Shown one piece after another: positions 1 to 12,574 of a stretch of 64,000 nucleotides of DNA. A model generated the notes under the pieces. It was given only the letters and a program-made list of their open reading frames with translations. It was not told where the DNA came from and did no database searches. Made by a program: the position numbers and the translations under genes. Every line of letters starts with the position of its first letter. Positions within the stretch are counted from its first letter, which is position 1. The stretch comes from the human T2T-CHM13v2.0 reference genome, Homo sapiens. The DNA is taken from assembly GCF_009914755.1 (NCBI RefSeq), contig NC_060935.1; one strand, given 5' to 3'.

Positions 1-2179
1 CAGAGAGAAGGGACATGAAAAGTCAAAAGGGAAGAAATCACAGGTCAGTAGGTGGGCAGATAAGGACAAATAATATTTATTTTTCTGGCTGACAACTACC
101 TCCTTGGTCTGGCTTTTCTACAGTTCATCAATGGCTTTACCTCCATAAGCACCAGGAGTTAATTTTAGTGTCTATTCATCTGGCCCTGGTGATCTTCAGA
201 GAACATTCTGTAGGTGCTGTGTGGACATAGTCTTTCCCCACTTCTACCACTTGCCTCCTGCCAGTGATCACTCAGCAGCCCCTTACCTAAGAGAAGACAC
301 CTCTGAGAGCCTACTCAGTGACTGTCATGCCATCCTATGACCTGAGACTGAGGTTCACTCTGGTTGCTGTATTTTCCATACTCTACCCTGGGAGCCATGT
401 GTACCAAGAACAGTCCCCTGGCTTCTAGCAGGACATGGCTATCTATGTTTTGTGACTGGTACATTGGAGGGTAATTAGAAATGTGGCTTAAAAAAATGGG
501 TGAGTTACATCATGTTTTCTTTTAGGTTGGCTGGATATGCAGCAGAGAAAAACAAGGTCTGCTGTCAGGAAGCTTACAGTCTACTAGAGGGAAACAGAAA
601 ATAACAACAAGATGAGTTATTATGTAATGTGATGGAATTAATGGTAGACTCTTATTAGGAATAGCAATGCATTACTGCAGTCACATACATCAGTGTGAAT
701 TTACTTCTCCTTTTCTTTCCAAAGGGACAACTGTCTGAACAAAAGTTTTGAATATTAGGAGGAGAGGAGGGAGAGCACAGTGTAACTAAGAATCTTAGTT
801 TTGACAGAGACCACACAAAGTGGAAAAGATGACAGAAGGAGAAGTTAGAAGATCCTTAAGAAAAATGTGACTGTTGCAGAGCTTTCTCTGTGTTGGCCTT
901 TTCTACAGTATTGTTGTATTTACTTGCTCCAAGTACTGACTAGGTCATCATGACATTAACCTGCGAACAGACTTATTTCAGCTTTGAATAGCCTGACCTG
1001 TTGCTTCAATGCCATATGAATAGGACTCATAATACCTGCTTTGGCTACGAATATGATACCTGGCCCGCTCCCACCTCCCTCTCCTTCCCAGAGGTTTTCA
1101 CAGAAGCCTTTATATCAAGTAGGTCTGAGAAGTCGTCCTGCCTGTGTAACCCTGAACACAGTTTGAGTACAATAAAAGGAGCGTTAGAACGTGATGTAAT
1201 AGAAATCTCAAAGAAATGTTTTCTTCTCATTCTCATGTTTGATTTAAGGCTGTTCACAGATTGTCAGGACTCACTTTAGTTACTGCAATTCAGGTCAAGA
1301 TGTCTAAATGTGAGTGAATCAAAAAGCCATTATGACCTGAGAAGTGTCTCATCAATTACCTTGTAGACTGTAGAGACCAAAACCTTATTATGTCAAGAGC
1401 ACATTGACTAGTTGGAGAGAAAGGAGTGTTTTGGCTTTCCTTACTTATCTATTTGAAGCACATAAACTATTAACAATGTTAAGATTTTGACATTTAACTT
1501 CAAGCCTGAGAAAACAAAGGGAATGTGTTGTTCTTCTGTTTCCATATGGATGTAAGATTTCTAGTTAAATATTCCTTAGTTATGTCTAACCAATGGAAGT
1601 ATACCTTTAGTTATAGAATTACAGATATATGGCATTATATTCACAATTATGAAAAACAATTATAATAAAAATTTTTTTATGACATTTATTTAAAAATTGG
1701 AGGATAGAAGCCTTAAAATGCCCAAGGAAAAGGACTTTTTGTGTGTATGTTTTTGTGTGTGTATATTTGTGTGTGTGTGCATTTTTCTATTATTACATCT
1801 GTAAACTATATGTATATAGGATTATATCATGCATATTGCTTTAGATGTTTGGTTATAAAGTCATTCATAATGCTAACCTTTTATTTATCTTAGTTTAAGA
1901 TCTGTCTCTATATGTTTTTAAGACATAAGGAGCCCTAAAATAAACACACACCCCAAATTAGAACTAAAAAATCATTAATATATTTTAAGCCTATGTGTGC
2001 CCCACTCCAAATCATGTTCTTTTTCTAATACTGACAAATTTTATGTTCTATGCATACGTTTAGTTAGAATTTTAGGATACATGTTTGAATATTATAAACT
2101 TTAAAGAATTTAAATTATACTGTTTATATTTAACTGCAACTTGCTTTTTTCACTCAACATTATACTTTGGGATTCAACA

Positions 2180-2562
2180 GTCAGGCCTATAAACCCCAAC
2201 CTCACTGAGTCACCAGATGCTGGCTGCCCCAGGAAGAATGTGACCTAGGGCAAAGGAGCTTTCTAGAGCTGACAATGACCTCGGAGAAGCTGATAGCCAA
2301 TCTTTTTTTAAAATTTGATATTTTCTTTATAATAAATTTTTGCATTAATTTTGATTTTTAAAAACATTTAATTCAAGTGTGACTTATCTTGATTACTGAT
2401 TTTTTTTTGGTTGCCCTTTAAATTTTGCACTTACATACAAACTGAGGCAAGGGCCTCACTTCTGACATGTAGGAAGGTGTCTAATGACTCTACTGCCTGC
2501 AGCCAGGCAGAAAGTACTTCTTCCAAGAGGGTTTTGGACAGTGCGTCTTGGTTTCTACTACA
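2180..2562 (-). mobile_element. LTR16A-like ERVL LTR fragment, interrupted by a MER96-like element
   Basis: Reverse complement resembles the recalled LTR16A 5' half (CCAAGGTCAC..GGGGCAGCC..CATC..TATA..GGCC). Similarity resumes after ~2465. Confidence 0.55.
2305..2462 (-). mobile_element. MER96/MER96B-like hAT-Tip100 DNA transposon fragment
   Basis: gattactgatttttttttggttgcccttttaaattttgc...gaggcaagggcctcact resembles the reverse complement of the MER96 left end. Confidence 0.6.
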
Positions 2563-2599
2563 GGAAGTGACATTCCAATGGTGGATTCTTTCTTAGCCT

Positions 2600-3050
2600 G
2601 CGTCCTTGAGGTTTGTGAAACAGAGCCCCTAGCAAACCTTTATTTTAAATCCCTGAGATTTGGGACATTTGAGTTGGTGCTTACCTATGCCATCTTGACC
2701 TATACAGAAATTGTGACTCAAAGTAGGATGCCTACCAACAACCTAAAATACACAAAGCAGTTGGCATTGACTTAATGGTCAGAGTGTGGCTAGTGAGGAA
2801 ATTGCTATCAAAGGCTGGAAACATGGCAATCCATTCATGTAATGGCAAAACATTCAGTGAAATCAATGCCCATGGTTTTTTGGGGAAGATCTTTGTACCT
2901 AACAAACTTGTTGCAATAGAAGAGAGGGTGAGAAAAAAAAATTTTGTGATTTGTGTTGGTTGTTATGTCTGTCTTTGCTCAGTTATGAAGAGAAACGTAC
3001 ACACCTAGAGAAAAATTTACAAATTTACAAACAGAAATGAAGGAGGATAG
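2600..3050 (+). mobile_element. MLT1 LTR 3' end plus MaLR internal (MLT1-int) fragment
   Basis: The LTR-like end ...gacctataca is followed by MLT-int-like sequence (ggctggaaacatgg..gtacctaacaaacttg..gtgttggttg..cagaaatgaagg). Confidence 0.55.
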
Positions 3051-3637
3051 AGGAAGCCCACAATTCTTGCATTCACGGGATTATTGTTTGGGATTGGCTT
3101 TGTAATCTCAAAAAATAAAAAACAAAATTAAGAAAATCTTGAAACACAAAGACTGGTTAAATATTTATTTACTCTTGGCACTTTATTCTCTTAATTTTGG
3201 CTCCTATCATTGCCAAATATCATTGCTGCTATTGAGAATAGCAGCCTAATTATCTTTTCTTTGAGAGGATTTATTTTTTTTCTCTATGTGCTTTTCTCAT
3301 CTTCTCTTGTCTTCATTGCCCTGAAATTTGATTTTGGTATGTCTAGGTTATGGTTTTATTTATATGTACCCTTTCTTGATTTTGTGCTGGTGGAGTTATA
3401 CTCAGTTATTATCTCTTTCAATATTGTCTCTCCCAATGTTTTGTTTTTATCTCTTCTGGAATTACAATTGGAGTGTTAGATCTTATTCTAAATTTTAGAC
3501 TGCTTAACCACTCTTTTATATTCCTTTATATTTTTATATTTCTGGGCTGCATTCTGACAAACACCTTTTTTAAAATCTATTTTCTAGTTACCTATTTTTT
3601 CTCTTAGTTATTCTACCAACAACTGAGTAATACATTC

Positions 3638-3996
3638 TGATAATGGTTTGGCTGTGTCCCCACCGAAATCTCATCTTGAATTGTACTTCCATAATTTCCA
3701 CATGTTGTGGGAGGGACTTGGTGGGAGATAAATTGAATCATGGGGGCGGTTCTCCCCATACTGTTCTTGTGGTAATGAATAAGTCTCACGAGATCTGATG
3801 GTTTTATCAGGGGTTTCTGCTTTTGCATCTTCCTCATTTTCTCTTGCTGCCACCATGTAAGAAGTAAGTGCCTTTTGCCTCCTGCCATGATTCTGAGACC
3901 TCCCCAGCCACGTGGAACTCTTAAGTCCAATTAAACCTCTTTTTCTTCCCAGTCTCGGATATGTCTTTATCAGCAGCATGAAAACAGACTAATACA
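3638..3996 (+). mobile_element. THE1 (THE1A-like) solo LTR, ERVL-MaLR
   Basis: Starts TGATAATGGTTTGGCTGTGTCCCCACC and ends GACTAATACA. 5-bp TSD CATTC at 3633-3637 and 3997-4001. Confidence 0.93.
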
Positions 3997-4009
3997 CATT
4001 CCAATAATT

Positions 4010-4306
4010 TTTTTTTTTTTTTTTTGAGATGGAGTCTCACTCTGTCGTCCAGGCTGGAGTGCAGTGGCACAATCTTGGCTCACTGCAAGCTCTGCCTCCC
4101 GGGTTCACGCCATTCTCCTGACTCAGCCTCCTGAGTAGCTGGGACTACAAGTGCCCGCCACCACGTCTGGCTAATTTTTTGTATTTTTAATAGAGACGGG
4201 GTTTCACCGTGTTAGCCAGGATGGTCTCGATCTCCTGACCTCATGATCCACCAGCCTTGGCCTCCCAAAGTGCTGGGATTACAGGCGTGAGCCACCACGC
4301 CCGGCC
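4010..4306 (-). mobile_element. AluY
   Basis: Full-length Alu with poly-T. AluY diagnostics CACTGCAAGCTC, GGGTTCACGCCATTCTC and GTGTTAGCCAGGATGG. TSD CCAATAATT at 4001-4009 and 4307-4315. Confidence 0.95.
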
Positions 4307-4719
4307 CCAATAATTATATTTTTATTTCTAAAAGATCTCTTGGTACATTGTCAAATAGGCATGGCTATTTTTGATAATACACTATTTGTTGTTAATTTCT
4401 TTGGATTATAGTTTTTATTTCTTTATATGCATTAAATATATTTATTACATATTATTCATTTGGAAATTTTAATATGTAAAGCCTTGTTCTAAATTTATTA
4501 TTTGTTATTTATGCTGGTTCTTTCTTGGTGAATTATGGATATTCATGTATTTGGTGAATTTTTTTCTTATGAGATAATTAGTTGACCTGAATCTTTGGGA
4601 ATCTGAAGAGCTGGTTGGGGATTCCTTTATCTAGAGAAGGTTTAATTTCTTTTAGCCAGAGGCAAGGGGGAATTATGAAACTGGACCAAATTCAACTTAA
4701 TTTCTCATATATAAATTTT

Positions 4720-5200
4720 CCCGATTCTTTCTTCAGTTTAACTTTTTATATAATTTATGTTAAGATGATGTCAAAACTATATAAAACTTGCAACATCTGC
4801 ATGTTTCTCGCCACAATATCCTGTATTCTTAACATTTGACTACATTTGATCTATCTTTGTCTCTCACTCTCTATTTAATTATTAATCTTCTTCAAAACTA
4901 TTTAAGATCAATTTTTAGACACATTGTACCATTTCCTACAATCCTCTAATGGATATTTCCCAAGAACAAGGACACTCTCTAATATAACCATGATACAGCT
5001 GTCTAAAGAAGAATTAACCTTTGATGCAATAATACCGTCTAATCTACAGATCCCACTGAAATTTTGCTAACTGTATTAACCACGTCTTTTTTCTTTCTGG
5101 TCCAGGATTCAACTCAGAACGAAATATTGCATTTCCCTTTATTTTCTTTCTATCTTGAACAGCTTCTTAGCCTTTTCCTTTTATAAATTTGATAGGATTT
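4720..5200 (-). mobile_element. Old L1 (L1MC-like) 3' region fragment
   Basis: Diverged similarity (aagaacaaggacactctctaatataacc..aatctacagatcccactgaaattttgc). Confidence 0.45.
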
Positions 5201-5252
5201 GTAATTTCTACCCCTGGTTCATATCTATCTATTCTTCCACCTGTAATAATTA

Positions 5253-5775
<523 letters not shown>

Positions 5776-6824
5776 GTAAACTACTGCTGGGAAAGAGAAT
5801 ACGAAATAAAATAAACTTTTTATGCCTAAGGAAAATAAATATTTATTTACTAATAGAAAAATTCCCCTTCCTTAAATTTCCATATTAAATATTCTTATTT
5901 GTTTCAATTATTTCTAACATATCATAATTTCTAGTTTGATTCCCTATATTTTAAAATATATAGTTCAGTTGCTCAAAAATTCAGTGCTCGTTATTTACTA
6001 TCTGCTAGACTCTAGTAAATTATGAAGCATAATGATCACTCCCTTTATTCTAGGTAGCATAGGTATAAATGCAGCCTAAAATTAAATTAGTTTATATATT
6101 TAAAAAAAAATTTTCAGCAGCCACATCTTGGAATCAATTAATAATCAGGCTCCTTCTATTCCCCACCTCCAATTCATTTTTATATTGAGCTTGTAATCCA
6201 TCTACCCTTTAAATTTTTTATGTATTTATCACTGTCTAATCATGTCACCCATATTTTATATCAGGAAATTTTTGGACTCAAGTGTAAGATACAATTATCT
6301 TTTTTAGGTTTTACTTCCCTTTATTTATTCTTTGTTTTAGCCTATAAATAATCTTGGCAGATTTTGACATCGAATGAATCACTATTTCAACCTCTCATCT
6401 GTAAATCTGATATGCCATCACCTGTTCTTATACCTGTTCTTATCCAAATTATTGATGGGAACTTAAATGAATCAGAGCTGGGCACACAACTAGAGAATTT
6501 ATCATGATGTTGATATGAACCAATTTTTGTTTTTGTGATTCCAGGACCCTTTCTTTGTATTCTAGGGATCTAAGTGGCACGTACTTTAAAAGAGGTGCTT
6601 TTTGTAAGTTCAGTCCAGTTATCTTACCTCATTACTTTATTCTCTCAAAAACATTCTTTTGTAGTGTAAAGTAAGTGAAAAACAGGAAGGCTGGGTTGTC
6701 AATGTTAGATAATAGAAGTTGAATAGAAAATGAAATTTTTTAATTTTCTTGCTGGCTCTCTTCCTACATTTTTTTTCATGATGATATTTTCTAAAACATC
6801 TATTCTTGTACTTCTACTATTCAG

Positions 6825-6849
6825 GTATATGAAAAAATTCAAGCAGAAG
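6825..6849 (+). other. Candidate 25-nt micro-exon (unverified)
   Basis: Polypyrimidine tract plus ttcAG|G acceptor and AAG|GTAAGT consensus donor. Open in phase 0 (VYEKIQAE). Confidence 0.3.
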
Positions 6850-6852
6850 GTA

Positions 6853-7030
6853 AGTGGTTTCCAAGCATGGCAACATAAGAATTATCTGGGAAAGATTTTT
6901 AAATATAGCAGAGTCCTGAAATCCACCCTCCAAAATTCTGATGGAGTAGCTTTTGATGGAAGTCAAGAATCCATATTTTTCAAAAGATCCCTCTGATGGG
7001 CATCCACCTTGGACTTCAGATAACTACGTT
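6853..7030. mobile_element. MER5-like hAT-Charlie MITE, diverged
   Basis: agtggtttcc..agaattatctggga..ttctgat..aagaatccatatttttcaaaagatccc resembles MER5A/B. Confidence 0.55.
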
Positions 7031-7691
7031 TGGGGATGAATGCCAAACAAAAGGCAATTTACTTGTAATGAGCAAGTGGGTAAACTCTAGACTAGACTTC
7101 TTATTAGAATAAGCAGACATCTTTTTAGACTAGACACAGATTTAAAACCAAAAGTTCAGAGAATTTTCAGCAATGAGAGACTAAACACGATTATATAAGG
7201 ATTGCTGGCATGAGAGTGTTGCCTCTTTGCTATAACATGTTGTTTTTGTCACTTCCAGTTCTATCTCAAAACACATGAAAGAAAATATTGAAAATAGTTT
7301 GGATTAGGGAGATGAGATATCATGGACTTCTTCCAATGTTCATTTTAGCCCATATGCTTACACATTTTGTATCATTATAATTACAGTGTGCATTTCAACT
7401 TAGTCTACTGTTTTCAATTAACACTATTTCATAAACCTTTGCCCCATTGCTACCTGGTGTTCATAAGCACAAGTTTAATATTTCAAAACATTCCATAAAA
7501 CTGTTTTTTATAAGTTAGCTAATAAGCCGATATGACTCTATATATAATTTTATAATTTTTATCATTATGGATAATTGTGAAAAATAAAAGCTTCTGAATA
7601 AGATACTTTTTCTCATTTTAAAAATTATTTCCCTAGAACATATTTCCAGGAATAGTATTACTTTACCAAAACAGGAACACTTTTCCAGTTC

Positions 7692-7991
7692 TTTTTTTTT
7701 TTTTTTTTTGAGACAGAGTCTCACTCTGTCACTCAGGCTGGAGTCCAGTGGCATGATCTTGGCTCACTGTAACCTCCATCTCCTGGGTTCAGGTGATTCT
7801 ACTGCCTCGGCTTCCTGAGTAGCAGGGATTACAGGTGTGTGCCACCATGCCAGGCTAATTTTTGTATTTCTATTAGAGATGGGGTTTCACCATGTTGGCC
7901 AGGCTGGTCTCGAACTCCTAACCTCAGGTGATCCGCCTGCCTTGACCCCCCAGAATGCTGGGATTACAGGCATAAGCCACCGTGCCTGGCC
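7692..7991 (-). mobile_element. AluS (Sx/Sz-like)
   Basis: Full-length Alu with poly-T. Flanking near-TSD TT(T/C)CCAGTTCTT. Confidence 0.95.
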
Positions 7992-8297
7992 TTCCCAGTT
8001 CTTATAATTACTTTTCTAAGGGCTTGGGACCCAATTATAATACCATCAGAAAAGTATGCATGTACAAGTTTCACAAGAAGTTTATCAAATCAGGTATTAC
8101 CCATATCTTTTTAGAATATAATTTGGATCTTTTCAAGAAACCATGGTAAACGATCATGTTTTATTATGTTTTATGTTCTCTTTTCCCAGTAATTGTATTA
8201 ATGCCAGTCGAGTGCTATACTTTCTGTTTCTAAGTTACAAACGTGTAGCTTTGTCAGGCAGAAAACCTGGGATCTGCTAAGATGGCCAAACTAATTT

Positions 8298-8740
8298 ATA
8301 TTGGTCAGACTTTGCTATGGTAAAACAAACAAAAAAAGCTCAATAGCTTAAACAATAGCATTTTTTTCTTGCTCTTGGGTGTGTGGAGCGGTTTTAATGC
8401 AGCTTATCCTGGTTATCTTGTGTTTGGGTACATATATATTCTTATTCTAGGATCCAGGATGAAGGGAATGTCTCTGTCTAGGACATGCAATTTTCATGGC
8501 AAAGGGAAGAACTGCTTGAGACCAAGCCAAAACAAACAGTTCATGTTAAAGCTTCTGTTTAAGATTGGCACGGTGTCACTTCTCCTTATAATCCATAGGC
8601 CCAGGCAGGTTACATGGCCAAGCGTGATAATGGGATGGGGAATATACTCTGCCTACAGAGATGTGCCTCAAGTTGCATGGGTGTGGATGTGTCTGTATGA
8701 TAATCCTCATAGGAGGTGAGAAGATAAAGTTGGGAATAAT
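8298..8740 (-). mobile_element. MLT1 (H/I-like) MaLR LTR
   Basis: Motifs ggatccaggatgaaggg, ggacatgc..tcatggcaaaggg, gtgtcacttctcc and acatggccaagc are typical of MLT1H/I. Confidence 0.65.
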
Positions 8741-8779
8741 CCCTGAAGCCTTCTTTATTTATATGGTACTTGTTTTTTG

Positions 8780-8965
8780 TGTATTTTCCTATCATAGAAT
8801 TTAACACATTTTATTGACATTATTTATTGCTAAGTTTATGTCCTCTTATAGACTTCAAATTCCTCCAGAGCAGAAATAGTGTTTTACCCACTTCTGTGTA
8901 TCCCTAGTGTCAACGACACCATAGAGCATATATACATTCTCAAAATACATATATTAAGTAAATGG
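8780..8965 (+). mobile_element. L2 3' end fragment
   Basis: tagacttcaaattcctccagagcagaaatagtgtttt..gtatccctagtg..ctcaaaatacatatattaagtaaatg. Confidence 0.55.
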
Positions 8966-9534
8966 TTTTAGTCTCCACTTCCGGAAAAATTATCATCTTC
9001 AGCATTCTTTGGTCTTAGAACTAGAAAAAGGTAATACAGGTCAATGTTTTCTAAAATTAGTAGACTCTCTAATATGCCTTTTTAATGCGTTTTTTAAATG
9101 AAAAGATTCCTACTCCTATTTATTTTAAAATCCACTTCAAGACTGCTGGAGAAAGAACAGGCTTTTCATTTATATTAGGTGACATCATAAGCATTAGGAG
9201 ACATTAGAACTACTCCATTTAGAAGCTCAGTGCATATTCAACCTCACTCTCTCAATTCAATAGATGCTCTCTGGTCAAGCTGAGCTCTACTTGGGAAGAG
9301 GATAAATGTATAACAGACTGACTTCTCTACTGTCAAAGAGAGAAATTAAAAGGTTGTCTGCCAAAGAAATGAATTTTTCTATTGAAAAGTTATTTTTTAA
9401 AAGATTTCAAGTCCGGGAGTAGAGCCCAAAGTACACATTGTCATCACTGACGATGTTTTGAGATGGTTAGAAAGTTGGTAAGAGGAAGGAAAATATTAAA
9501 AAGCAATACAAATTCAAAAAGGAAGCCCTGCAGT

Positions 9535-9794
9535 CAGAACCACTTCATTCACTAGGCACAGAAAGAACAGTGCCTAGAAACCATGATACTTACAGCAGCT
9601 GTTGACAATGAAAACAATTTTAATATCTTTGAAAATCTAAAAAAGGGAAATAAAAAATAATAAACCCAGGCTGGGATATAGCTGTCTGTATGCCAAGAAA
9701 GTCATAAAATGTAACTTTAAATATTTTTTTAATGAAGGAAGGTGTAATAAAGGCAAAGGTGCCTAGAGTCCAGCAAAGTCATAACACGGTCTTG
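9535..9794 (-). mobile_element. ORSL-like hAT-Tip100 non-autonomous element
   Basis: The reverse complement reads CAAGACCGTGTTATGACTTTGCTGGACTCTAGGCACCTTTGCC.., matching recalled ORSL. CTAGGCAC subterminal motifs occur at both ends. Confidence 0.6.
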
Positions 9795-10429
9795 TGAGTA
9801 AACTTTTCAAAGTAGGAGAAGGCATAGAGCAATTGAGCTGAGCAGGGGCCTCCACAATTGTAGACTTGGCCTCATGCTCAGGGCTGTGAGTAGAATAATT
9901 TTTATTTTTCCCAGCCCAACAGTGTTTAGTTCTTAATGCTAGAACTGATTTGGAGCAAAATCATGAAGAAAATTATTTAGGCATCTTCCATCTTCTTTGT
10001 GTCTGTGCGTATATATATACATATATATATATGTGAATGTACATATATGCTGTTCAGTAAATATTTTTTGAGTACATACAATATGTTGAGCACTTTTCTA
10101 GCCATCAGTTAACAAAGGAGAAAAAAAATCTTCCACAGTCTTTCCTCTCTGGACCAGTGGAGCACCATATATGGTCTGTAAACTGGCTGATGGCTTTGTT
10201 ACTTTAATTTGAAATTAATTCCATATATCAATATATATATTCATGGTTCACAATCAGATCATACGTTTATTAAGAATGGCCACTGACTTCTCATAGTTTT
10301 CATCATAATGAAGATGGTTCAAAAATGTATTTGGATATCCATATTTTCACCCGAGCTTCCTTTTTTCACTTTTAAGGATGCGGGTAGGTGGGGAGTTAGA
10401 GAGACATGTAGAGATGTAGTGTTGTGGCA

Positions 10430-10535
10430 ACGAGGAGAAAGAACAGTGAGGAAGGAAAGTGAGAGGGAGGGAGAGGAAGAGAAGAGGAGGAGAGAGGAAA
10501 GAAGGTTGGGAGAGAAGGGAAGAGACAGGAGAGAG
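10430..10535 (+). repeat. GA-rich low-complexity polypurine tract
   Basis: Visible purine-rich runs. Confidence 0.85.
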
Positions 10536-10796
10536 GCACACAACGTCGTATACAGAATCAAATGTGCAAGGCATAAGTGGCACGGAGTCTTCAAATCCAC
10601 ACGTTTTAGTTATGCAGATATATAAGTACTTTCTTGACATTTTACTATGGAAATTTGCTAGTATACAATTTTCTTAAAAAAATTATAGTCCCATGTACCC
10701 ACCACACAAATTCTACCAACAATATTTTACTATGTTTGTCCTATAGCATATATATTCATCTCTCATCCCTCTCACCATCCATTAGTCTTTCTTTTT

Positions 10797-11544
10797 TATT
10801 TTATTTTATTTATTTTTATTTTATTATTATTATACTTTAAGTTTTAGGGTACATGTGCACAATGTGCAGGTTAGTTACATATGTATACATGTGCCATGCT
10901 GGTGTGCTGCACCCATTAACTAGTCATTTAGCTTTAGGTATATCTCCTAATGCTATCCCTCCCCCCTCCCCCCACCCCACAACAGTCCCCAGAGTGTGAT
11001 GTTCCCCTTCCTGTGTCCATGTGTTCTCATTGTTCAATTCCCACCTATGAGTGAGAACATGCGGTGTTTGGTTTTTTGTCCTTGCGATAGTTTACTGAGA
11101 ATGTTGATTTCCAATTTCATCCATGTCCCTACAAAGGACATGAACTCATCCTTTTTTATGGCTGCATAGTATTCCATGGTGTATATGTGCCACATTTTCT
11201 TAATCCAGTCTATCGTTGTTGGACATTTCGGTTGGTTCCAAGTCTTTGCTATTGTGAATAGTGCCACAATAAACATACGTGTGCATGTGTCTTTATAGCA
11301 GCATGGTTTATAGTCTTTTGGGTATATACCCAGTAATGGGATAGCTGGGTCAAATGGTATTTCTAGCTCTAGATCCCTGAGGAATCACCACACTGAGTTC
11401 CACAATGGTTGAACTAGTTTACAGTCCCACCAACAGTGTAAAAGTGTTCCTATTTCTCCACATCCTCTGCAGCACCTGTTGTTTCCTGACTTTTTAATGA
11501 TTGCCATTCTAACTGGTGTGAGATGGTATCTCATTGTGGTTTTG
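10797..11544 (-). mobile_element. L1PA3-like 5'-truncated L1 (~750 bp; ORF2 C-terminus plus 3'UTR)
   Basis: ORF2 end ..KLSQGQKTKHRMFSLIGGN (ORF 11034-11276), G-rich 3'UTR tract and tail. 16-bp TSD ATTAGTCTTTCTTTTT at 10781-10796 and 11545-11560. Confidence 0.92.
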
Positions 11545-11560
11545 ATTAGTCTTTCTTTTT

Positions 11561-12570
11561 ATTGGATGCATTTCAAAGTAAATTGCTGTTGGGGACTTAA
11601 CCTATAACTTCGTATATGTTTATTTACAGGATTTTTCTTTTGAGGTAAAATTTATATACAATTAAATGTCACAAATCTTAAGTGAACATTAGCTGAGTTT
11701 TGACAAACACAAACACCTTTTCAGATATAGAAAATTATCACTCCAGGAAGTTCCCTCAAGCCCCTTCTCAGTTAATTACTGCCTCAACCTCATGAAGCAA
11801 CCATTATAGATTAGTTTGCTTGTTTAGAACTTTGTATAAGTGGAATAATATTTTATATACTCTTTTGTGTAAGGCTTCACTGACTCTGGATGATTTTGAG
11901 ATTCATCTATGCTGTTGCACGTACCCATATTTTGTTGCTTTTTTCAGTTCAGAGTACTATTCCTTTGTATAAATATATAGTAGTGTGTTTGTTCATCCTT
12001 CTATTGATGGACTCTTGACATACTTACAAATTTTAGCTATTATTAATAAAATTGCCATGGACATTCTTATATAATTTTTTGACATATGATTTCATTTCTC
12101 TGAGATAAATACTGTGGAATAGGTCATAAGGTAGGTTTAGTTTTATAAAAATCTACAAGATCCTTTTACATTTCCACTAACTGTATAAGAAAACTCCAGT
12201 TTCTCTACATTCTTGTCAATATTTGATGCTTTTATTCATTTTAATTTTAAACATTCAGGTCGCTGTATTGTGGTTTCTCGTCGTTTTAATCTGCAGTTTC
12301 CTAGTGACGAATTATTTTGAGCACTTTTTTTGTGTATGTCTGTGTATGTATCTCTCGCTGTGTGTGTGTGTGTGTGTGTGTGTGTCCATTTGTGTATCTT
12401 CTTTTCTGAAGAGAGTTTTTGGATTATTTTTGGGATATTGTTTGTATTTTTAGTATAGGTTGTAGGAGTAGGAGTTTTTATATATTCTGGGCACCAGTCC
12501 CCTTTGTCACCGTTATTGTAAATGTGAGTCTGTGGTTTGTTTTTTCATTTTCTTAATTGGTTTACTCTTT
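11561..12570 (-). mobile_element. Old L1 (L1MB/MC-like) 3'UTR/ORF2 end, also present left of the L1PA3 (~10640-10790)
   Basis: Diverged L1M 3' motifs (gaggtaaaatttatatac, cttaagtgaacatt, tttagctattattaataaaattgcc). Confidence 0.6.
12359..12385 (+). repeat. (TG)13 microsatellite
   Basis: Directly visible. Confidence 0.95.
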
Positions 12571-12574
12571 TTAA

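Noticed and set aside
10957-10980. G-quadruplex-forming tract
   Set aside because: It is the standard G-rich tract of the L1PA 3'UTR and is not locus-specific.
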